Shown here piece after piece: positions 28,548 to 37,260 of a DNA stretch of 48,254 bases. The stretch lies in contig CP064996.1 in NCBI GenBank assembly GCA_016699995.1, positions 478,330 through 526,583 of the forward strand, given 5' to 3'. Below the pieces are notes generated by a model, which was not told the DNA's origin, made no database searches, and saw only the letters and a program-made list of their open reading frames with translations. Position numbers and translations under genes: made by a program. Source of the DNA: a bacterium. Lineage in GTDB: Bacteria; Patescibacteriota; Doudnabacteria; UBA920. Each line of letters begins with the position of its first letter. Within the stretch, counting starts at the first letter, position 1.

Positions 28548-29837
28548 TTAATTCTTTTCAAAAATGATGATTTCTCTGGCGACGATCTGGTCTTTGCGAT
28601 CATATATAGCTGTTCCGCGATCCGTTAGTTTAAGGAACGGCAAGTTCGCTGCCAAATCGAGAGGAATCAAATCTATCAAATTATAGCCAATTTTCTTAAT
28701 AAAGTCAAGGTTTTCCAGTTGAGTGTATTGAGTCCCTTTTTTATAGGCCGGAAGGCACATTACCACTTTTCCACCTTTCGGCAAGAACTTGAGAAAATTT
28801 TGAAAGGCAGACGTGTATAATTCGGTCAGCTCTTTGAAATTCTTTTTGATCTCATCAGGCTTAGGGAACTCCGTGTACATAGGACCTAAGTAGCCTTCGG
28901 TTACGACTGCATCTACTTGGGTGAATGCGCCAACCTGCTTTAGATGATCAACGATTTTTGACACTTCCTTTACGTCGGAAACTTCGACATGGAATTTGCC
29001 TTTAGGAATCTTGTAGCGGTTGCGGAACCATTCCAAATTTTTTTCGCTGCCGGCAATGGCAGTAGGATTGATATCCGTACCTAAAACCCGGTAGCCTTGC
29101 AGTACGCCTTCCTGGACCATGGTGCCAATGCCGCACATTGGGTCAAGCAGAGTAGCGCCAGCCTTTTGGCCTGCTAAGTTGATCATCATCTGAGCGACTT
29201 TCGGAGGAATCATGCCTTGCTTTTCGTCGCGTACGGGACGCTGGTAATCGCGGCGGCCGTAATCTTCGAAATCCTGAACAACCAACGTCTTGGCGACGTA
29301 AAGCTTGGTAGGGGAGGCGAGTACGCAAATTTCAGCACCCTTCTCTATAAGATGGTTATGGGTAACGACCACGGAAGCCAAAGTTAAGCTGTTAGGCTTG
29401 GGAAGCACTAAGCGGATACTGGCTCCGCCTTCCTGCATGCCGCGCTTTATGAACATGCCCAAACGCTTTGGCTCATCAAAAGCGCGCATCTCCGGATCCA
29501 ATAAATATACACTAACCCCGAATTGAATCTTGCCTTTCGCATTTCCCAAGAAATCTTTCTTAAGCTTGCTCGGCTTGAAATAGTTTTGCAGAGCGAAGTT
29601 GATATAGTCCGTATCTTTCTTTTTAACTTCGTCGATAATTTTAAGGATCTTTACCACTCCGCCAAGATCTTTCTGAATTTTTCGAAAATCCAATTCTGTT
29701 TCTGTCTCCACTACCAAAGCTTCATGGGACAGATCCAAAATCTTTAAGGTCCAGTCATGATTTTGGAAATAAAAAAACAGCTCAGCTAAAGAAAGCGTGT
29801 AGACTCTTCCTAAAACAAAAGCATATCGATGGGTCAT
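28548..29837 (-). CDS. SAM-dependent RNA methyltransferase with an N-terminal THUMP-like region (Trm11/Trm14/UPF0020-like)
   Basis: SAM motif I LLDPMCGIGTMVQEG and VLGTDIN. The long N-terminal region precedes the methyltransferase fold. Substrate not assignable. Confidence 0.6.
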   Translation of the reverse strand: MTHRYAFVLGRVYTLSLAELFFYFQNHDWTLKILDLSHEALVVETETELDFRKIQKDLGGVVKILKIIDEVKKKDTDYINFALQNYFKPSKLKKDFLGNAKGKIQFGVSVYLLDPEMRAFDEPKRLGMFIKRGMQEGGASIRLVLPKPNSLTLASVVVTHNHLIEKGAEICVLASPTKLYVAKTLVVQDFEDYGRRDYQRPVRDEKQGMIPPKVAQMMINLAGQKAGATLLDPMCGIGTMVQEGVLQGYRVLGTDINPTAIAGSEKNLEWFRNRYKIPKGKFHVEVSDVKEVSKIVDHLKQVGAFTQVDAVVTEGYLGPMYTEFPKPDEIKKNFKELTELYTSAFQNFLKFLPKGGKVVMCLPAYKKGTQYTQLENLDFIKKIGYNLIDLIPLDLAANLPFLKLTDRGTAIYDRKDQIVAREIIIFEKN

Positions 29838-29864
29838 ATATAAATATTAATTATCCTCTATATT

Positions 29865-30263
29865 ATGTTGAGTAAAGTCGAAATTGACTTTGAAAAAATA
29901 AGAATGTGGGCCGTGATAGTAATTGTGCAGGCGGCTAGTTTTGGTATGGGAATGTATACCGCCCGAACTTACTGGAGGGATGCTCACGAGCCATCAGCTA
30001 GCCTTAATTATAGCACAGAACAGCCCAAAAGCCAAAATCAGACGGCAGTCCCTGCCGCAGGGGGAGTGAGCCAGGCGGGAGGAGCGGCTACGGCCTCGCT
30101 AGACCCCCAAAATTGCTCTCAGATCAAAGGAAATATCTCCGGCAGCAATAAGACCTACCATATGCCTGGCGGGGCATTCTATGACCGGACAACTACCCCG
30201 GAGATGTGCTTTTCCACCGAATCCGAGGCCCAGGCTGCTGGGTTTAAGAAATCTTCCAGGTGA
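29865..30263 (+). CDS. hypothetical membrane-anchored protein with a conserved C-terminal IKGN..YH.PG..Y...F.SE.EA.AAGF module
   Basis: TM helix followed by CSQIKGNISGSNKTYHMPGGAFYDRTT..EMCFSTESEAQAAGFKK. I recall this motif from secreted bacterial proteins but cannot name the family with certainty. Confidence 0.5.
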   Translation: MLSKVEIDFEKIRMWAVIVIVQAASFGMGMYTARTYWRDAHEPSASLNYSTEQPKSQNQTAVPAAGGVSQAGGAATASLDPQNCSQIKGNISGSNKTYHMPGGAFYDRTTTPEMCFSTESEAQAAGFKKSSR

Positions 30264-30307
30264 TACTTTACACTAGCCCACATTTTTGATAGACTGTCAA
30301 GGTAATT

Positions 30308-31585
30308 ATGAAGAAGTTAATTTACCTAGACAACGCCGCATCTACCCGATTGAGCTCCAAGGCAGCCAAAGCCATGAAGCCGTTTTTTGATACGCAATTC
30401 GGTAATCCATCCAGCTTGCACGAAGCAGGCAGAAGCTCGAAGCAAGCAATAGAACAATCCCGTTCAGATGCAGCAAAAGTGCTTAACTCACAACCTCGCG
30501 AAATTATTTTTACTGCCGGCGGGACCGAAAGCATCAATCTGGCAATCTTTGGCATCGCAAAGGTTTACCAAAGCACCCATCATAAACCTGGTCACATTAT
30601 TACTTCCACCATCGAGCACGAAGCTGTATTAGAATGCGTAAAAGCCCTCCAGCAGTGGGGTTGGCAAGTTGATTATGTAAATGTCGACAAAAATGGATTA
30701 GTAAAAACAGATGAACTGAAAAAGAAAATAAAAAAGAACACTGTTCTGATTTCTGTTATGTACGCTAATAACGAAGTCGGGACCATTCAGCCGATAGCAG
30801 AAATTGGCCGGACCATTTCGGGAATCAACCGCACGCGCAATAAACAAAATCTGCCGCCAATTTATTTTCATACCGATGCCTGCCAGGCTGGGGGAGTGCT
30901 CAGTTTGGACGTCGCCAAATTAAAAGTCGATTTAATGACCGTGAACGGCAGCAAGATCCATGGACCGAAGGGCTCCGGGATTTTATATCTCCGCACAGGA
31001 ATTAATATTGAACCTATTATCTACGGCGGGGGACAGGAAAGAGGACTGCGCAGCGGAACAGAAAACACTCCAGCCATTGTCGGATTCGCTGCAGCCTTAA
31101 CCGAAAGCCAGATAATAAAATCCAAAGAAACAAAGCAACTGCTTGCTTTGCAGCAAACTTTGGAATCTTCATTGCAAAAAATTAAAGGCATTACCATCAA
31201 TGGGCCAAGCAATTTTGCGCAAACAGCCGGCAGCAAACATGCTCCGTCTTCGCATCGCGCAAATTTCACTCAAAAATCTGATAATTTTGACTTAACAAAA
31301 TTACCAGGCACCACCAACTTTTCTATAAAAGGAATCGAAGGGGAAGCCTTTATGTATTACTTAAACGGCAAAGGCTTTGCGGTGGCCACTGGCAGCGCCT
31401 GTACCACCGGCAGCGAAGACCCTTCCCACGTTTTGTTAGCAATGGGTTTAACACCGGAAGCAGCTAAATCTTCAGTCCGCATCAGCTTAAGTACTGACAT
31501 AAAGAAATCTGATATAGCTAAATTCATCACGGCCCTCAAAGAATCAATTAAAATAATCGAGCATACCGTCCAGGAAATCGACTAA
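30308..31585 (+). CDS. cysteine desulfurase (class V aminotransferase, NifS/IscS-like)
   Basis: IYLDNAASTR, FTAGGTESINL, the PLP-lysine region NGSKIHGPKG and the active-site GSACTTG. Confidence 0.85.
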   Translation: MKKLIYLDNAASTRLSSKAAKAMKPFFDTQFGNPSSLHEAGRSSKQAIEQSRSDAAKVLNSQPREIIFTAGGTESINLAIFGIAKVYQSTHHKPGHIITSTIEHEAVLECVKALQQWGWQVDYVNVDKNGLVKTDELKKKIKKNTVLISVMYANNEVGTIQPIAEIGRTISGINRTRNKQNLPPIYFHTDACQAGGVLSLDVAKLKVDLMTVNGSKIHGPKGSGILYLRTGINIEPIIYGGGQERGLRSGTENTPAIVGFAAALTESQIIKSKETKQLLALQQTLESSLQKIKGITINGPSNFAQTAGSKHAPSSHRANFTQKSDNFDLTKLPGTTNFSIKGIEGEAFMYYLNGKGFAVATGSACTTGSEDPSHVLLAMGLTPEAAKSSVRISLSTDIKKSDIAKFITALKESIKIIEHTVQEID

Positions 31586-31621
31586 ACTACTCGCACCTTC
31601 TCCTTAGTTCGAGCTTCAATT

Positions 31622-31647
31622 AAGCCCTTGCCCGACAAGGGCTTTTT
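31622..31647 (+). terminator. intrinsic terminator
   Basis: Stem aagcccttg/caagggctt followed by ttttt. Confidence 0.75.
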
Positions 31648-31682
31648 TAGTATATTAAGAGATAATAAATTCAGGAGGAATT

Positions 31683-32618
31683 ATGAAAAATCAAACCGAC
31701 AATGGCTTAATCAGCGTTGTAGATTATCTACCTTTCGAGCAGAGAAAGCCAGATTCGCAGTATCAAAATCTGCTCCGCACCGTGTACGAACTCGGCCAGC
31801 CAGCAGAATCCTTTCACAAAGAAAGGTCTTTGACGTTTATGGCTCCGCACCCGCTGAGGTACGATTTGCGCAATGGCATCCCAATAGGCACCGAACGCAG
31901 TATGAAGCAAATTGCATCGAGCGCGGATGCAGAAATCCTTGGCTTTGCTCGAGGATATCGAACCCAGAAACAGCTCGTTGAATTCGGGGTAAGCCCTCGA
32001 TTCTGGGGTGAATTTGTGACCGCAGAAAAATGTGCAGAATTCGGACTGGAAGAAGGGGACTTAGGACCCGGTTCATACGGCGCCGCTTTTGCCAACTTTC
32101 CCACATCAGAAGGCAAAACCGTCAACCAATTCAAAAACGTTATTGCCCAAATCAAGCGGGCACCGCATTTAAGAACTCATTTTATCTCGCCCTGGATCCC
32201 GCAATATTGCATGAACGGCGAAAATGCCGAACGCAAAGTTGTCGTGGCTCCGTGCCACGGCTGGGTCCATATTCGAATTCTGAATAACGAACTCCATTTG
32301 CTTATGTTCCAAAGATCCGGCGACGTACCAATTGGCGTGCCTTCTAACATCGCTCAATACTCGATGTTGGCGCTCGCACTAGCACACGTGCTAGACATGA
32401 AGGCTTCGCATTACTATCACTCATTTTCGGATGCGCACATTTATGATACGCAGCCGGAAGCAGTGGAGGAAATTTTGTCTCGCGAACCAAAGGCTTTTCC
32501 CACGGTATACCTTCGCGAAAATACCCCTAAGGATCTGTTTCAAATTACCCCGGAGCACTTCGTAATAGAAGACTACGTTGCAAACCCTTCGATCAAAGGC
32601 ATACCGGTGGCAATATAG
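31683..32618 (+). CDS. thyA: thymidylate synthase ThyA family (divergent)
   Basis: Catalytic APCHG, FQRSGDVPIGVPSNIAQYS, SDAHIY and a C-terminal IKGIPVAI. AGGAGG lies upstream. Confidence 0.8.
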   Translation: MKNQTDNGLISVVDYLPFEQRKPDSQYQNLLRTVYELGQPAESFHKERSLTFMAPHPLRYDLRNGIPIGTERSMKQIASSADAEILGFARGYRTQKQLVEFGVSPRFWGEFVTAEKCAEFGLEEGDLGPGSYGAAFANFPTSEGKTVNQFKNVIAQIKRAPHLRTHFISPWIPQYCMNGENAERKVVVAPCHGWVHIRILNNELHLLMFQRSGDVPIGVPSNIAQYSMLALALAHVLDMKASHYYHSFSDAHIYDTQPEAVEEILSREPKAFPTVYLRENTPKDLFQITPEHFVIEDYVANPSIKGIPVAI

Positions 32619-32625
32619 GAGAGTT

Positions 32626-33099
32626 ATGGCAAAAAAAGTGAATGTAAACAGCGCGTATAACGAAGAATATAGAGAAGTGCTGGAGAAGATCGAAAAGAGC
32701 GGACAATGCCCTGCACCGTTTTGTAAGGATAAGGGGCCTAATCATAAACACAAGATCGAGTACAAAAGCGAGTTCTGGAAAGTTACCCGCAATACCTACA
32801 ACTACCAAAACGCTAAATTTGCGTTCTTAATAATCCCGAACCGGCATGTTGAAGATTTCTTAGAAATCCTTATTGCAGAATGGCGGGAGCTAAGACGCAT
32901 TATCCGTTACTTAGTCAAAAAGCATGACCTAAAGGGCTACACCTTTATGTGGAGAATGGGGGAGACATCTCACACCGGGGCATCAGTAGTCCATCTGCAT
33001 GCCCATCTGATTTGCGGATATGAGCGTCCGGACAAACTGGAAAAAGAGATCCCAGACAGCCAGATCATAAAGGCCGTCGTTGGTTTTGGTAAGGAATAA
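32626..33099 (+). CDS. HIT-family (histidine triad) protein
   Basis: Histidine triad VVHLHAHLI plus an N-terminal CPAPFC. The ATG at 32626 is preceded by AGGAGA. Confidence 0.7.
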   Translation: MAKKVNVNSAYNEEYREVLEKIEKSGQCPAPFCKDKGPNHKHKIEYKSEFWKVTRNTYNYQNAKFAFLIIPNRHVEDFLEILIAEWRELRRIIRYLVKKHDLKGYTFMWRMGETSHTGASVVHLHAHLICGYERPDKLEKEIPDSQIIKAVVGFGKE

Positions 33100-33100
33100 T

Positions 33101-33134
33101 AAAAAAACCCGTACGAAATTCGTACGGGTTATTT
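33101..33134. terminator. bidirectional intrinsic terminator
   Basis: Stem aacccgtacg/cgtacgggtt flanked by an A7 run and attt. Confidence 0.75.
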
Positions 33135-33975
33135 AATTTTCGTCAGCGACTCGAATTAATTCTACGCCCCTGAGGGCAAACAGTTTCTGAGCCGCGAGAG
33201 AAGAATACCCTTCGCTATAATACACTTTGCGGATCCCGGCCGTCACAATGTCGTAAGCACAGGGCGGACAAGGAAAGGTCGAAACATAAATCGAAGCTCC
33301 GCTCGTGCAGTTACCTTTGGCGGCAGCGCGGGAAATCAAAACCTTTTCCGCGTGATGAGCAGCAGAGATTTCCAAATGCTCGCCGGGGGTAAAATTATTT
33401 CTCGGATCACCCAAAGCATATAAGCTGTGCTGGGACGGCATGTGCTTGTTATAGGCAACATCCAGTATCACAGAATTCTGAACCAGTACTGCGCCCACCT
33501 GACGCCACCAATCCGGACTTCTTAAGGCCATGCTATGAGCTACACCCATCAGCCGCCGGTCTAAATCTGTGATATGCACTACAGAGTCAGGCTTAACCGG
33601 GTTTTGTTTAAATGCACTAGGTAAGTCATACCTTAGAAACACCGATTCAAATTGCACATTGCGGGCGGGGAGATACTTATCCTTGATGTGCCGGCAGATA
33701 TCTTCGGCCGGCATGACAATCTGACAATTCTGGTCAAGATTACACAACACCGACAAATCCATAATTTCGACACTCGCAAAGATGCCAAGAGAATCAATTG
33801 CTTTCTTGGCCGTTTCCGGATCCAAAGCCCTGATCTCGCGAGTCAAAGGTTCCTTCTCTCCGTAAAGAGAGGGAGCGAGCAGAAACAAGCTCGCTCCTTT
33901 ATGCTTATTAAAGAACCTAATATATCCGGCATGGAGCACTGGCACAAATGCAATCACAACTTGGTCGTTTTTCAT
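33133..33975 (-). CDS. dCMP/CMP deaminase domain protein with an N-terminal extension of about 150 aa
   Basis: C-terminal zinc motifs HAEKVLI and FPCPPCAYDI. The N-terminal VIAFVPVLHAGYIRFF resembles a degenerate H-x-G-H nucleotidyltransferase motif. Confidence 0.75.
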   Translation of the reverse strand: MKNDQVVIAFVPVLHAGYIRFFNKHKGASLFLLAPSLYGEKEPLTREIRALDPETAKKAIDSLGIFASVEIMDLSVLCNLDQNCQIVMPAEDICRHIKDKYLPARNVQFESVFLRYDLPSAFKQNPVKPDSVVHITDLDRRLMGVAHSMALRSPDWWRQVGAVLVQNSVILDVAYNKHMPSQHSLYALGDPRNNFTPGEHLEISAAHHAEKVLISRAAAKGNCTSGASIYVSTFPCPPCAYDIVTAGIRKVYYSEGYSSLAAQKLFALRGVELIRVADEN

Positions 33976-33977
33976 AA

Positions 33978-34613
33978 TTATATCTGCGCCTCAATTTCGT
34001 CAAACACTTCGTTAAGAATCTTATCTACAGTGGCGTTAACCCGTTTGATAACCTTGCCCCGCGAGACCTTTACGCCAGACATCATCAGGTGCCGCACTCG
34101 AGCGGTTGTTGATGTTTTCTCGGGCGGTGCCTGCGGCTCGAGGAAAACCATCTCTCCGGCATAAGCTTCATACTTTTTAAGATTTTCTTCCTTCATGTCG
34201 TTAGTGGACCTAGAAAATACGAGCTTGTCGGGACGGATAGCCTCCAGAGGAGCGATGAAATTTTCGTCAACCGGAATGATGATATCTACAGAACGCAAAT
34301 AAGACAGAATCATAACCCGTTCTTCGAAAGGCACGATTGGCCTCTCTACGCCATCCCGAGATTTTCTGCTTCGGGTAAACTCATCCGTATCGGCTCCAAC
34401 AATCAGAAGATCCATATCTTCCTTTGCCTTTTCTATATAAGCCATGTGGCCCAAATGAATTAGATCCCAAACGCCGCCTACAAATCCCACTTTAGCCTTC
34501 GGATGCAAGCTCCGGAAAGTGTCGATTAAAGCCTTTAGCTGAACCATGTCTGTGATAAAGCGGTCCTCAAAACAAGATTTTGAGGTATCAAATATACCAT
34601 TCAACATAAACAT
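33978..34613 (-). CDS. cytidylyltransferase-like nucleotidyltransferase (H-x-G-H family)
   Basis: GFVGGVWDLIHLGHMAYIEKAKE carries an HLGH motif. The gene ends 2 nt before the deaminase gene begins. Substrate not assignable. Confidence 0.7.
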   Translation of the reverse strand: MFMLNGIFDTSKSCFEDRFITDMVQLKALIDTFRSLHPKAKVGFVGGVWDLIHLGHMAYIEKAKEDMDLLIVGADTDEFTRSRKSRDGVERPIVPFEERVMILSYLRSVDIIIPVDENFIAPLEAIRPDKLVFSRSTNDMKEENLKKYEAYAGEMVFLEPQAPPEKTSTTARVRHLMMSGVKVSRGKVIKRVNATVDKILNEVFDEIEAQI

Positions 34614-34702
34614 TCCTCCTAACAGATTATATTATTCTAATCATACCTAAAGAGCAGGGGAGGCTCAATAGCATAAATGCCCTACTATGCTAAAAATACT
34701 AT

Positions 34703-34723
34703 ACTTTTTATATTAACGGTCGT
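34703..34723 (+). repeat. direct repeat copy 1 (actttttatattaacggtcgt)
   Basis: Matches 35118-35139 with one substitution and one 1-nt indel. Weaker similarity (tatgctaa...) extends about 20 nt upstream of both copies. Confidence 0.7.
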
Positions 34724-35043
34724 CTGAATAAACAGTATAGAAAACACGATTAGACTTAATGGAGAACAATTGAGATTACATTTAGGATTTTATAACAGCG
34801 GACATGCGAGTGGTGCCAGGGAATAGAGAATTGCAACTTTAAATTCAAAAAGTATCGGATAACTTAAAATGCCAGGGGATATAAGGTTTTCCTACATATC
34901 ACGTGTCGCACAATGTATCTTATGCGACATGGTATATTATGATAATAGCTTAAGACAGCTAATACTGATTTACACTAACTATCAATTAATTGAATTTGTT
35001 TCGACCTTTTATTGTTCTTACTACTTACCTGTCTCAGATAATT

Positions 35044-35068
35044 AAAAACCACCCGTAAAGGTGGTTTT
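35044..35068 (-). terminator. intrinsic terminator ending the minus-strand hydrolase operon
   Basis: Stem aaaaccacc/ggtggtttt with a 6-nt loop. Read on the minus strand it is followed by tttttaatt. Confidence 0.7.
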
Positions 35069-35117
35069 AATTGTTTCTATTCTATTCTCTACTACTCCCC
35101 TATGCTAAGGGTATTTC

Positions 35118-35139
35118 ACTTTTTATTATTGACGGTCGT
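35118..35139 (+). repeat. direct repeat copy 2 (actttttattattgacggtcgt)
   Basis: See copy 1. This copy lies between the stop codon at 35159 and the terminator. Confidence 0.7.
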
Positions 35140-35158
35140 TAATTATATTCATAGCAGC

Positions 35159-36130
35159 CTAGAGCGAGATCTGTATAAAATCTGATTCTGTAGAGATAAA
35201 TAGTGACTTAAGCTTTGCATTATAAACTACTTCTAATATATAGCCCTTGATCTTTGTATCGATATCCTTCACAAAGGCTGTTTTCCCATTTAAGTCCAAG
35301 CTGTGCAAGCCAAATTTTTCATTTTGAGTACCAATAACGTAAATTAAACTATCATTTTTTGAGAAAGATATATTAGTTAAGCTGTCTACAATTAAATTAG
35401 TTTTTACGGTACGTTTAGTTTTAAGATTAAACACAGACAATGCATGCCCGGAATTTTCTTGAGACTCGTTGCTGTTATTACTGGATCCATGTATTAATAA
35501 TTTATTACTATCATTGGTAGGTAAAAAATCTAAAAACGTTCCGTTGGCAACTGTTTCCAACTTTTTTTGAGCTAAATTAATCCTTAGTAATTCCACGTTG
35601 TAATCATCACTTTGCATTGGTAATAAATACAAATTCTCAATCTCGTGCCACCTAAGGATGTAAAAAAGATTTTCAGCATAATCCAGCGACACAACAAAGC
35701 TCTTGTAAGATTCCGTAAAATTAGCATCAGAAACGTAAATAGCACTCTCACCTAACTTCGGGTCATAAAAATGATAAGCAACCTGAGAACCATCTGGAGA
35801 AAAAGCGGCATTAATAATTCTCAAATCTAAAGTTTTCTTTTTCTTTGTTACCAAATCAATTAAATCAATCGCCTGACCAGGATACTTAGTAGACCCAATT
35901 GCCAAAACTTTATCTCGCTCCGGAGAATAAATCATACTATAAGGTTCATAGCCTAACTCAAAAACCAAATCCTCTCCCTGAGTGGTCTTTTTAAAATAAG
36001 CTAATTCCTGTCTATCAAAATAATATAGACTCCCATCGCTAGATTCCTGAACCCCAATAGCCAAACTTTCTGAAAGTTGAGCACTATCTTCTGTGTTAAT
36101 AAGAAAATACAAGGCAAATACTAAGCCCAA
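35159..36130 (-). CDS. PD40/TolB-like beta-propeller repeat protein (N-terminus probably extends to the ATG at 36176 across an A8 frameshift)
   Basis: FSPDGSQVAYHF-type PD40 repeat and repeated beta-strand-rich units. The upstream reading frame encodes KKIYFILIIGGILGLVFALYFLI, a TM anchor, but it lacks an ATG/GTG/TTG start. Confidence 0.6.
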   Translation of the reverse strand: MGLVFALYFLINTEDSAQLSESLAIGVQESSDGSLYYFDRQELAYFKKTTQGEDLVFELGYEPYSMIYSPERDKVLAIGSTKYPGQAIDLIDLVTKKKKTLDLRIINAAFSPDGSQVAYHFYDPKLGESAIYVSDANFTESYKSFVVSLDYAENLFYILRWHEIENLYLLPMQSDDYNVELLRINLAQKKLETVANGTFLDFLPTNDSNKLLIHGSSNNSNESQENSGHALSVFNLKTKRTVKTNLIVDSLTNISFSKNDSLIYVIGTQNEKFGLHSLDLNGKTAFVKDIDTKIKGYILEVVYNAKLKSLFISTESDFIQISL

Positions 36131-36178
36131 AATTCCGCCAATAATTAAAATAAAATAAATTTTTTTTACCCATCATAC

Positions 36179-37237
36179 TTAAAAACACTTCCCCTGCTCA
36201 TTCGAGAGACAGCTAAAATGCATATAATCTTTTAGGCTTTTCCACTCCCCTCCCCAACCAAAGCCTTGAGCTTTAAAAGCTTTATAAACAGAGCCATTAG
36301 CCGGAATAGAATATGGGCTGCAATTACTACCAGGACAAGGCCTCCAAAAATCACCTACCGTAGTATTACCTTTGATATAGTAATTTTCTACATAATTTAT
36401 ATCTGTTGCCAAGCCAGCAGCGTGAGCAGAAAGATTCCTACTACCCACAGCGTTACGGAAGGAATAACCACCAACAGACTTTATAGGAAACTTTTCTGGA
36501 TCTTTATATACTTGAGCAAAAGCAGCCTTAAATTTCTCGGCAACACAGCCCTGAACATCTAACGAACTCTTTGAAGCAACCTTAGAAGATCCAGAGAGTT
36601 TCCAAACATCAATAGTAATATTAACCATCTTAGCTCCTGCTGCTGCTGGGGTACGCATAGATAAATCACACGGGCCAGCAGATGAGACGGTTCCGCTACC
36701 AGAGGGTTGAATACCTTCTTCTACAATTATGCAGTCCTTCCCAAACCCTAGCTCCTCGCAGTTGGCTAAGTTTTTAGCATCAAATATCGGTGGTTGAATC
36801 GGTTTGAACGCAACAATATTTGGGTTAATAAAATACAATAGTAAATAACTGCCTAACAAAACCGCCATACCTGTCAAAGCATTCGGTAATACACCCTTTG
36901 CCTTTTCTTTTCCGTTTTGACCTCCTAGGATATATAGATAACCAGAATAGACAACAAAAAATACTAACAGTAGTGCGCCAGCAGAAATTCCAAACTTATA
37001 TAACCGGTTGATGCAACGAACCAAATCTTGACCATCACTATCCTCACTAGGAGCACATACATAATCACGGATACTTTGATCCGCCCCAGCGTTGTAAACT
37101 GGTAGGTCGGTAGGCTCTTGAGCAGGAGACTGGCTCAGTGCGGCTGGGCTTGCCGGTTGAGCAAAAACCAATGTTGGGTTGATCGCAACTGTGATAAATC
37201 CCAGAAAAATTAATATTTTGGAAAGATATTTATACAT
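36179..37237 (-). CDS. pilin-like N-module fused to a VanY/M15-type peptidoglycan peptidase (paralog P1)
   Basis: N-module: signal peptide, DYVCAPS...CINRLYKFG, two TM helices ending FINPN, and CEELGF..CII. The C-terminus has SAHAAGLATDIN...GFGWGGEW...DYMHFS (peptidase M15 H-x6-D...H). Confidence 0.75.
   Translation of the reverse strand: MYKYLSKILIFLGFITVAINPTLVFAQPASPAALSQSPAQEPTDLPVYNAGADQSIRDYVCAPSEDSDGQDLVRCINRLYKFGISAGALLLVFFVVYSGYLYILGGQNGKEKAKGVLPNALTGMAVLLGSYLLLYFINPNIVAFKPIQPPIFDAKNLANCEELGFGKDCIIVEEGIQPSGSGTVSSAGPCDLSMRTPAAAGAKMVNITIDVWKLSGSSKVASKSSLDVQGCVAEKFKAAFAQVYKDPEKFPIKSVGGYSFRNAVGSRNLSAHAAGLATDINYVENYYIKGNTTVGDFWRPCPGSNCSPYSIPANGSVYKAFKAQGFGWGGEWKSLKDYMHFSCLSNEQGKCF
36722..37237 (-). 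repeat. paralogous N-module coding segment, copy in P1
   Basis: Encodes aa 1-172 of P1, alignable residue-by-residue with the P2 and P3 N-termini. Confidence 0.7.
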
Positions 37238-37260
37238 TCAATAAAATAAGTAAAATTCAA

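Noticed and set aside
31628-31981. 117-aa plus-strand ORF overlapping the 5' end of thyA. Other overlapping ORFs lie at 31728-32357.
   Set aside because: They are out of frame with a gene carrying clear thymidylate synthase motifs and a good AGGAGG. The translations are Arg-rich shadow sequences.
31683-32618. Idea that the divergent ThyA homolog is a dCMP hydroxymethylase.
   Set aside because: The specificity-determining Asn of thymidylate synthases (PSNIAQY, equivalent to PFNIASY) is retained rather than replaced by Asp. dUMP is therefore the likely substrate. A dUMP hydroxymethylase cannot be excluded by eye, so only a low-weight note is kept in the findings.
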